Virus record (IMG/VR): IMGVR_UViG_3300019366_000026
Strand: one strand, 5' to 3'
DNA length: 64,000 bases
From: an uncultured virus (IMG/VR IMGVR_UViG_3300019366_000026)
Lineage: Duplodnaviria; Heunggongvirae; Uroviricota; Caudoviricetes
Shown: one piece after another, positions 18,654-28,100 of the stretch
Layout of the letters: each line of letters begins with the position of its first letter
Position numbering within the stretch: the first letter of the stretch is position 1
Notes under the pieces: model-generated
The model's database searches: none
The model's input: the letters and a program-made list of their open reading frames with translations, nothing else
Told to the model about the DNA's origin: nothing
Position numbers and translations under genes: made by a program

Positions 18654-19127
18654 TTAGAAAAGTAGTACAAATATTTCTTTATAGAGATTGGCGAGCAATC
18701 CAAGCTCAAGCCAAAATATGAATTCTCTTCGCCGAATAATCCCGACCAAAACACCGGCGATGGCGATATACGGAACTCCCGCCGTCAATATCAGCCAAGC
18801 GATGGTGGCAAAGCATAGGATTAAGGCCGCTCCAGTATGAACTTTACCCTCAAATTCATCTCTGAACGCCGGACTTGCAGCCACAAAGAATATGCCGGCT
18901 ACGATAAAGAACGCGAGAAACTGATAACTCTCCGACGTGTGGTTCAGGAGCGGAGCGACAGCGAAAGAAGCGGCCGCAAAGAGCACTCCGGAGAATACCC
19001 ATTTGCTCCCAAATGTGCGGTAGTAGGTTTCGCTTATTGAATTTGGCACTCCGAATGATAAACAAGTAAAGAGTAGGTACAATGCCATAATCAGGCACGA
19101 AATTGATACAAGTATAATTTCAGTCAT
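18654..19127 (-). CDS. Multi-pass membrane protein
   Basis: 157 aa, about five TM segments, PNSISETYY motif. Confidence 0.75.
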   Translation of the reverse strand: MTEIILVSISCLIMALYLLFTCLSFGVPNSISETYYRTFGSKWVFSGVLFAAASFAVAPLLNHTSESYQFLAFFIVAGIFFVAASPAFRDEFEGKVHTGAALILCFATIAWLILTAGVPYIAIAGVLVGIIRRREFIFWLELGLLANLYKEIFVLLF

Positions 19128-19191
19128 AGATGGTTGATTAAGGGCAGAGCGCCGGAAGAAAACTCCAACGCCCTGCCGTGGTTGGAAATGA

Positions 19192-19506
19192 TTAGATAAG
19201 ATTACCGGCTATATCGTGCCATGTGTAGTAGTTGGCGAGGAACGCTACTACTGCACCGGCGAGGCAGCCAACCAAATCCCAGGCGAGATCCCAAACGCAG
19301 AAGTGGTTGCCCTGCTTCTTTGCGTCCTTGACTTCTTTCCAGATGCCGAAAGCGAAAGCCACGACAAAGGCGATGGCAGCCGCAATCCACGCAGAGGGGA
19401 AATGGATAAATGATACAAGCGAGCCGATGATGGCCGCGATAACGAACTCACAGAAGACGTGGAGCTTCTTGTCGCTTCCAGTCTTGTCATTACAAATCTT
19501 TGTCAT
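19192..19506 (-). CDS. Small membrane protein (VanZ/YfiM-like)
   Basis: DKKLH, GIWKEVKD, DLAWDLVG motifs; start moved to MTKICND. Confidence 0.65.
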   Translation of the reverse strand: MTKICNDKTGSDKKLHVFCEFVIAAIIGSLVSFIHFPSAWIAAAIAFVVAFAFGIWKEVKDAKKQGNHFCVWDLAWDLVGCLAGAVVAFLANYYTWHDIAGNLI

Positions 19507-19532
19507 AATGATTGGGGTTAAAGTATTGATGT

Positions 19533-20027
19533 TTACTGCTCGGTTTCGTAGGCGGACCAGTCCACCGAGGATTTCTCTTGCCATTCTTCGTTGCAGACGG
19601 CAATTTTATGATTGCTGATGGCGGCTGCCACGCCCATAATTTCCTCAGCCTTTGTAAACTCATAGAATACCGGGCTACCATCAGGATATTCACCGAGATT
19701 GAGCGTTACCGGGAGTTGCATAATTCCGGCCTGCATAGCCACGAGCATACCCGTGAGGTCGCTCTTGCGTTCTTCGGTATATTCGACCGGCAGACCATTC
19801 CATTCAAGGCCATAGCGTAGTTTATGCGCACTCTCTGCTTCTATTACCTGAATGATAATAGCCTTTATTTCATCGAGGCTTGGACGATGGTCAAAACGCT
19901 TTCGCCAGTTCCACCCCTGCTCCGGGTTGTCGCTGTCATTGCCGAAGCCATAGATGACCTCGTATTTGTTACGGCCGACACGGAACAATCCGTCCTGCCG
20001 TTTGGGAGAACCATATACTTTTTCCAT
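19533..20027 (-). CDS. DUF4376-like tail-associated protein
   Basis: 164 aa, FDHRPSLDEIK and terminal VDWSAY; translationally coupled to RT. Confidence 0.6.
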   Translation of the reverse strand: MEKVYGSPKRQDGLFRVGRNKYEVIYGFGNDSDNPEQGWNWRKRFDHRPSLDEIKAIIIQVIEAESAHKLRYGLEWNGLPVEYTEERKSDLTGMLVAMQAGIMQLPVTLNLGEYPDGSPVFYEFTKAEEIMGVAAAISNHKIAVCNEEWQEKSSVDWSAYETEQ

Positions 20028-21703
20028 TATTGTTTGGGCTTTAGGAGTTTGACACCGAGATCCTTTTCTAATGCGGCCAGTTCTTCGTCACTGGGTCGTA
20101 CAAACCCATATTTCTGTGCAGAAACTAATCTCGGTACGGGATATTGGGAGTCGTAGTTCATTTCGATCGCCGCGAAGAACGGCATTTGCCCGATTTCTTC
20201 CATCTGCTCCAATCGTGTTCCAAACTCTTTATCCCCAGTCCACATTTTGCAGAGTAGCTTATTATGGATAATTTGCACGAGATATTTTTCCTTCGGCAAC
20301 GGAATACGATCGGTCCTTTCACCACGTATTTCCGCAGCCTTTACGAGCGCTTCGTACTTTTCTACTTCACGTTTGGGTGGTAGATATTCGTAATCCACAA
20401 TGATTACGCCCTGGCGGTCGAAATCACGAGGATACTTTTTTACCCCACGGAAATTCTTCTTTCCGTTAAGGTTAACCGGGGGGAGGTCGAAATTTCCAAT
20501 GTCTTCCATTTTCCTCTTATGTTTAAGTTTTCTGAATTCGTTTGGTGTGATTATTTTCTTCAGCAGATGCCGACAATCAGCATGAGCGGCCATCCCGAAG
20601 AACGAACCTATCAATTTCTGCCTTCGTTTTCTTGATTGCACTTTGGCGATACGTCGGCAGAATTTCTGCTTTGAGCGTTTGCGAATACGCGAGTAGGTAT
20701 CGTATGTTATTTCGCCATCATCTTCAGTGCTTTCTGTCAAGAATGTGTTGTATCCAAGGTAGTCAAGTCCGCACAACATTGGTCTGACAGCCTCAGTTGG
20801 CTTTATGCTCAATCCGAGTTCGTCAAGAAGTGAAACGAGATAATCACGCAGCAACCACAACTCTTTGGCAGAAGCAGCGCATATCACTATGTCATCGCAA
20901 TATCGGTAGTAGTGATAGCGAATCTTCTTGCCGTTGATTCTTCGTTCTCCGATACCACAGACAACAACACCGGTTCCGATACCGTTATCTGGGTCTTCAA
21001 TCTGATGATATTTCACCTGCTGACACATCTTATGATCGATGTCGCTGAGGTGGAGGTTGGCGAGGCATTGCGATGAACGCAGCCCCTTTGATAGCCCTTG
21101 CTTGAGCAGAGTAATGAAGTTGTACATCATCGGCAACAGAACCGGATCAGAAGTGTATTGGCGTGTCTGCGCCATCATCAGTCCCTGGTTTATACTGTCG
21201 TAATAATGGAAGATGTCGCACTGATAGTACATCTTCATATTCTCCGGGTCTGCGAGAATATCTTCTTCAACAATCTGGTGGAGCCAGTGCATACCTCGGC
21301 CTTTGATGGAGGCTGCGGTATTTGTGATGAGTGTCGGATATGTGTACTTCTCGAACGGAACCATTATTGCATGGCAACCGACACGGTGGAATACACGAGG
21401 ACATTGCACAACTCTTACCTTGAAACCGTCCTTGACTACCAACTCACGGAAGTCGGCTTCTGTAATTCTAAATTGTCCACTTTTAAGCAACTTGTAAAGT
21501 CGCTTGCAGTACGCGGCTTTCTTGGGCCGGATATTATCCCTTTGTTCAGCGCACTCAAGATGTCCTACGACATAGTCAAAGGCCTCCTCTATGTTCTCCA
21601 TCGTGGCGATTTCGGACATGAGGTCGGGAATGGGGAACTGCACCGCACCATTGGCACGGGGTAACGCCACATTCATAAATGGTATGTCTTCAATCTTTGT
21701 CAT
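20027..21703 (-). CDS. DGR reverse transcriptase with C-terminal extension
   Basis: GRGMH, QCDIFHYYDSI, GLSKGLRSSQ (DGR-type SQ), YYRYCDD, DYLGY; adjacent to TR and VR. Confidence 0.95.
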   Translation of the reverse strand: MTKIEDIPFMNVALPRANGAVQFPIPDLMSEIATMENIEEAFDYVVGHLECAEQRDNIRPKKAAYCKRLYKLLKSGQFRITEADFRELVVKDGFKVRVVQCPRVFHRVGCHAIMVPFEKYTYPTLITNTAASIKGRGMHWLHQIVEEDILADPENMKMYYQCDIFHYYDSINQGLMMAQTRQYTSDPVLLPMMYNFITLLKQGLSKGLRSSQCLANLHLSDIDHKMCQQVKYHQIEDPDNGIGTGVVVCGIGERRINGKKIRYHYYRYCDDIVICAASAKELWLLRDYLVSLLDELGLSIKPTEAVRPMLCGLDYLGYNTFLTESTEDDGEITYDTYSRIRKRSKQKFCRRIAKVQSRKRRQKLIGSFFGMAAHADCRHLLKKIITPNEFRKLKHKRKMEDIGNFDLPPVNLNGKKNFRGVKKYPRDFDRQGVIIVDYEYLPPKREVEKYEALVKAAEIRGERTDRIPLPKEKYLVQIIHNKLLCKMWTGDKEFGTRLEQMEEIGQMPFFAAIEMNYDSQYPVPRLVSAQKYGFVRPSDEELAALEKDLGVKLLKPKQ

Positions 21704-21859
21704 AAGCCTTCAGGCGCTTCAGTGATGTTCCTGCTTTCTTCCTTGCGGAGAGGGTTGCAGAGGCTCGTATCCCTCGCAGAGATGGTTGGCTCAGCCCGTG
21801 AGCCTCCAGGGTCTTGCGATTATATTGTTCCAAAGGGGACATTCATTGCGTCTTAATGT

Positions 21860-21970
21860 GAGCCGAGAGCCGTTGTTCGTGTTCGAGTTCGAAGAAACGT
21901 TGTTCGCGTTCGCATAAACGAGACCGCCATTCGCATTCGCGTTGTTGTTCGCACGACCGACAACACGGCA
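21860..21970 (-). ncRNA. DGR template repeat (TR)
   Basis: 111 nt, 12 AAC/AAT codons (reads CRVVGRANNNANANGGLVYANANNVSSNSNTNNGSRL), intergenic between target and RT. Confidence 0.96.
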
Positions 21971-22058
21971 CCGTGGGATACTCTACCTTTTCGTCCTCGC
22001 TTTCGCGGGACGTATTTCGTTAAACATTTTGGTTAATTATCTCTGGATTTGGCAGTCA

Positions 22059-22084
22059 CCCCGGCTTCCTTGCGTCAGCCGGGG
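22059..22084. other. GC-rich hairpin downstream of VR1 (candidate DGR cruciform or terminator)
   Basis: CCCCGGCT-N10-AGCCGGGG. Confidence 0.5.
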
Positions 22085-22100
22085 GATAATACCTTTTTCT

Positions 22101-25100
22101 TCACGCAACTTGCTGTTCCTCATCGTCATCAAAGATGATTTTGCCACTGAAGGCGAGCCGAGAGCCGTTGCTCGCGCTCGAGAACGAAGAAACGTGGTTC
22201 GCGAGCGCATAAACGAGACCGCCAAACGCATTCGCGAGGTGGCTCGCACGACCGACAACACGGCACCTACTATTAGAATACTCCCATTTGTCGGAGTAAT
22301 TCTTGTTCCATGCTGAGTTATCATTGGAAGTCTTGCCGGGCACAACGTCCATATATCGGCCGTGGCGAACACGACTGATACAATAGCCTGAGCCCTGCGG
22401 TGTGGCTTGTACGGAGCGCTCGGTGTCAGTTACCACATCATAAATGCGGAAGCGGGTATCAAGCGGATAGGAGGCGTCTTCGGTCGGGCACTTTTTTGAT
22501 TTCCAGTCCTTGAACGATGATACATTCATCGCAACGTGGGCCATCCATTCGTAGTTACAAGCCACGAAGTTCTGAATACCGAACATAAGGTTACCGACAT
22601 TAGAGGTTACGCCGGTTACTGTTCGGTTGCCCCAAGCATTGATGTTCTTGCCGTTCAAGGTCTGACTACCGCAAGTATAGCCTGCGCTACAGCCACGGCC
22701 GCAGATAGCCTGAATGTCGCGTGTGCCAGTCAACTCCATTATGATGTTGGCGAGGTCTTTTGACTGCTCATAAGAGATAGCGTGGAAGCCCTCACCTCGC
22801 ATTTCGCAGAGGTTGATGAAGTCCTGGCGAGTGCGGTGCAGACCAGTTGGCGGAGTGATGTTGGTAACACGGCCGTTCTTGTCATAGGTCCAGTCGGGGG
22901 AAGTTGAAGCTGTGCCGTCGCCGACCGCCGCCTTTGTGCCGGATACCGAACGAGCGCGACCCAAAGCGTCTATTCCGACACCATAGATACCCATAAGGAA
23001 CTCCTTGCGGAATACCCAGTCCGGCTCAATGGCTTCGACGGAAGCACTGTCAACAGTGATAGCTTCCTGGTCTCCGCAACCCATCTGCGATGTAAAGCGG
23101 AACTTCACGGCACCGGCAGGAACATCGCAGAAGATGTAATCCTCTCCGGCCACGAAGTCAAACTGCGCATTGCTGACAGCCATTTTGAAGATTGACATAA
23201 TCTTTCCGTCGGCATCGAGGAACACACAGCCGAGGTCGGTGGAGTTTACGCCAGGCCAGCGAACCTGCTTCATACCCTCTACGTTGATTTCGTACACGTC
23301 GCAGGCGGCATTAAGAGTATGCGTGGGCACTCCACCAACAGCCATCCCTGTCACTACAAGGGCTGCATTGGACTCAACAAGCAAGTCGGAGAGTTTGGAG
23401 CGGTTGGTTTTGCTTGCCGTTGATATAGGTTCATCAGTGCAGGTGGAACGTATGCCATACTTCTGCTGATTCTTGAAGTCGTTGACTCCTTTGTACCAGT
23501 GATTAGGAACGTGCTTGAAGAAGTCGTAGCCCATACCACTGCTGTCGGTCAGGTCAACAGACGCTCCGTCCTCCATGAAGTTGTAATCATCATCGCTCAG
23601 GCGCTTGCAGTGCATAGCATTGTCGGCCGTGCTGAACGAACCTCTGACACCGTGGCTCAACTCTTCCAGACGCTTGAAATGACCGCTCGGCACGAAGTCG
23701 TTGTTGAAGCGATAGCCGGTGTTATTGTCAAGGTTGGAAATATTCTCGCAGTCATCTACGGTATCGTCATAGACTACCATAGAGAACTGGGAGTTATGGA
23801 GTGTCAACTGCGGGAAATACTTGCCGAAGTTGGCGAGCGCGGAATCTTCGATGAGGTCAGACATAATCCAACGCCCGGTAATGCCGGAGCATTGTCCGCT
23901 TTCTTCGTAAGCCTGGCCTGATGGGTCAAGGCCGATGGCGCCGCTGTTCTTCAGGGCCGAAAGGATAGAAGATGGAGCTGTGATGTTGACGTCCGGCAAA
24001 CGAATATAGCGGATATTGGACGCTGACACAATTCCGTTGATGAGTGTCATCGGATCGATGTTCGGACAGCCTGCAAGCATAAGGCGTATCACACTGCTCA
24101 TACCTTCGATTGTTAGACCACCGGGATATGAAAGATTCGGGAGGTTGACAAACGAAAGGTCAGTCATTGTGGCCGGCAACTGAAGTGTGGAGATAGGCGA
24201 TGTTTCTGCCAACGTGATTGTTGACAGGTCCGAGCCTTTCGCATAGACGGTTTCCAGTCGAGGGCACTTGGCGGCATTGATAGTCGTTACCTCGGTGGTT
24301 CGCACGTCAAGGTGTTTGAGGAACGGCAGATCGCCAAGGTTCATATTTGTCAGGAATCCAGTGTTACCCGGCGACAGCCTCCACGCCTGCTTGTGAATAT
24401 CAGAGCCTATCACAATCTTCTCGGCGAGTTTCATCTGCGAGAACTGGAAGTTCGGGTCAATGGAAATTTGCGAGAGATCAATCTCACTCATCTGGTCGGC
24501 CTGATAGATGTAAAGCAAGATGTTATCGCCATGCTGGAAGTCGGTAAACACGCCCTGCTCTCCGGCCTTGAGGTACATACCCTGCGTCACATTGCCACCG
24601 TCATTGCCGATACCGTAGTAGCCGGACTTACCCGCACGGAAGCGGATAACTGCTCCAGTCTTGGCACCGATACGGCCGCCGAGGACGTGGCTTGCGTCTT
24701 TGAAGTCGCCGGTCTGATAGTAGCCGTCGCGTATACGCCAACGCTGCTCAATGAAGCGAGGCAGAGCCTGACGGCCCGAACCGTGGAGGGCATAGTAATA
24801 GATATCGGTGTAAATCTCCGAATACTTGATGTACTTGCGCTCACAGTCGTAGGTACATACCACCTTCGGCCACATTTCAATGCGCTTCTGCACGAAGTAG
24901 TACATAGCACCCTTGGGCGAGAACGGACCTGCACCGATACCGTCAACTTCGGGGAGTGTACGCATCATACCGACAACACCCGGAAGCGTGAGTGTGCCAC
25001 CTCCGGCATCGGCAACCATTTCCTGATTGTCGCAGCGACGGAGATTGTTCCAAAGGATTGAGCCACGGCCGGCATAGCACTTGTCATCTTCGGCAGGGTC

Positions 25101-28100
25101 AAGTTCGGCAGGTATGGTATTACCACCGTCATTATCCTTACCATTGCAGGTGTCGCAGTCATAAACCTTGTTGAAGTACATACGCAACGGCTCCATCGAG
25201 GACGGCGAGTGGTATTCGCCATTCTCAACCCAGCAACCATCTTCAAGGAAGAACATCGGCTGCATATTCTTTGCCTGCTGATCGACGGCGGCAAGGTAGT
25301 CTGTAAACGTGTAGTAAGCGAGAAGGGAGGCTATACTCATGTACTTCCACGCATTATCGCGCCACAGTTTCTTCCATGTCGCTGACAACTCTTTCTTGGA
25401 GTAGTCGCAGGAATCGCAGAATTTGAGGACATTGAACAGTTCGTAAGGAACTTTGCGGCCCATAGCGAGGTCTTCCTGAAGTTGGTCGTCGTCCACCATG
25501 CACTCGAAATACTGGGTCCATGCCGGATATGTTTCTTGGCCGAGGTTGAGTTTGGAAACCCACGATGATTGAGTCTTGACCGGGGCCATCATATCATCTA
25601 TTGAGCCGACGCCCATAAACCAGTCCATGGCGTCGTAGGTTATCAATTCGTAGCCGCTGACGGGATTGAGGACATCGCCGGTTATAACCCACTTGCCGTT
25701 GATCTGCTTCATGGAGCCAGTCGAGCGGGCCCACTCGCCGCCACTGAACCGCATGATACGATAGTCGCGGCCGCAATATTGCGAGAGGATATAGGGCTTG
25801 CTTGTGTCAAGTCCTTCGGTAGTCTTGAAACGGGCCATGATTTCATCAAGAGTTTCCTGCCCGGTGTATTTGCCTGCATTGTCATATTGGGGCTTGCCGA
25901 AGAACTCAATGAAATCGCCGTAGTTCATACACCCCTTGTTGTAACCAGGAGTGTCTTTGAAACCGAGTGCGACCTGCTCGCCTTTGTCCTCTTTCCAGTT
26001 GCCACGGGCGTGGAACCAAGCATCAGCGAGTGAGTCTGATGTGGCTCGGAAAGCAGCCACGGGGTGGTTTGCCGTGGAGTGGTTCATTTCAAGCCCGGTT
26101 ACAGTGACACCTTTCTTCTCCCATGTGCCATCAAATGCGCGCTGGGCCGGAGTAAGGAAGTTCGAGCCGAGGGCACGGAATGTGGCGTTCATCATATCGC
26201 AGACACCACAGTCGTTCGCCATTGATGAGTCCGAGTAGTCGACCTTAACAGTGAGAATAGCAACTGGAATGGAGTGCTCAATCACGCGCACATAGCCAAT
26301 GTTGAACAGTTCGTAGGTTTTGAGTGCGTCAGCATTGGTGTATTCGGGATTGAGTGCCGTGATTTTCCAGTTTTTCTCTTTCTGGAGATAGAAGCGGTCA
26401 TTCTTGATAGGACGCTTGGCAGAGGTCGTACCCTGACGGCGCCAGCGGACATTCTCTGCCTTGAAAGAGCGCCACGGCATTGTCGGGTGGAAATAGAACA
26501 GCGTGCACTTGAAGTTCTGCTTGGTGTCGATGTCGCCGTCGAAGCTGTCGAATGTGGCTTGCGGAGCAACAACCACATAATATGGAATACCTTTCTCTTT
26601 GAGCAAGCTCATAGAGGGTCGGTTCTGATTGTCGAGTACGTTCTCCTTGTCGTACTCAGCAATCATCGCTTCGGTATCGGTCAGTTTGCAGAGATAGTTC
26701 TGGAAAGCCTGCGCCCACTCATAGTAACTGTCATAGGCGAGTGTGTAGTATAGATAGAAATCGCCGTCTGTTCCATCAAAAGAAATGTTCTTAGTATTGA
26801 GAATTGCACCAGAGTTGGCAACATAGCCAATCGCGCCGATTTCCTCACCATCGACGTAGAGTTTCACTGTAGCATATTCGGTGGTGCCACGGCGAACTGT
26901 GATTGTAGAGGGCTCAACGACAATTCCGACGGTATGCTTTTCTCCGCACTTGAAAGAGCGAGTGATTTTGTTCGGCGTACCAGTCTTGCAGTGCAATACA
27001 ATCTCGTTGCCGGTCACATAGAAGCCCACGCCGGAATCGGGGTCGTAGCACTCCATCAGTTTTGCAGTATCGTCCTTGATGTTGTTTGTGGCGAAAGCGA
27101 ACTGGAAAGCCATACCATTGGTACGCTCGGTAGCGGCAGACCCAAAAGGTTGGTACTTTTCTATCCGGGCCTTCACATTTTCGGCGATACGGAGGCAGTT
27201 TTCACCAAGGTACGTGGCGAAGCCATTGGACGACCAATTTGAGCCGATGACCGACATTGTGTAGCCGTTATTGCTAATGGTGTGGTCCGGCTCTGAGTTG
27301 CTTCGTGTAGAGAAGTCAAAACCAAACAATGCGCCCTCTTTGATGATGGCGTTGATTGCAGATCCTACAACCCTTACGGATATGGGATTAGTTTGGCTGT
27401 TGCCATTCTTGGCATACACCTCAATGGTAGCGCTACCGTCGGTTGCATAGCCCTGAATCTGTTTGCGGACGGGATATGTCTGCGAGATTTGGCAGTCAAC
27501 TGATGTTATCTCCTTGCCATCGACATAGACTTCGGCAGTCGTGGAGTTCTTGCCTGGCGTGTATGCTGCTACCTCCACCTCGAGATTGTCATACAGTCGC
27601 ACAACGCCATTGTTGGCATCGTTGAAGCGTAACGATACGATTGGCTCCTTTGATGCGGAGTCAACGCACATGATTGAGGAATAGATTGTGTTACCAGTAA
27701 CGCCGGAAGCAACATCTTCGCCATATACGCGAACAGGATATGAGCCATGTTCCAAACGTTCTCCTCCTCCGAACACATTGCACGGGTCGATGGAGATAGA
27801 GTGTGAGTAACTGTCAGTGATTGTCGCCACTCCGAGGCTTCTCCATTCACCGTTATAGAACATTTCGGTAAATACCTTGACACCCTGCTTTGATACGTTG
27901 TTGGCGAACTTATACATCAGCAGGTTCTTGGTCGAACCGCCGACTTCGAGAGCGGAACTTGAGGTATAGTTGAGGGTTTGAACAGAGGTGCAGGTAACAT
28001 CGACGGCCGTCACTGTGATAGTACGGCGCTTGATATTGCCTTCGGCATCTGATGCCACTATCGTGAAATCTTTGGCGGCAGCCTCAGCGAAGTAGGGGGT

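Noticed and set aside
20027..21703. RT as group II intron or retron
   Set aside because: SQ motif, YCDD and TR/VR pairs with A-only mismatches identify a DGR
21942..22372. ORFs 21942-22316 (+) and 22037-22372 (-) as an avd accessory gene; likewise 4772-4999 and 4941-5351
   Set aside because: Alternative frames over the VR repeats, not Avd-like
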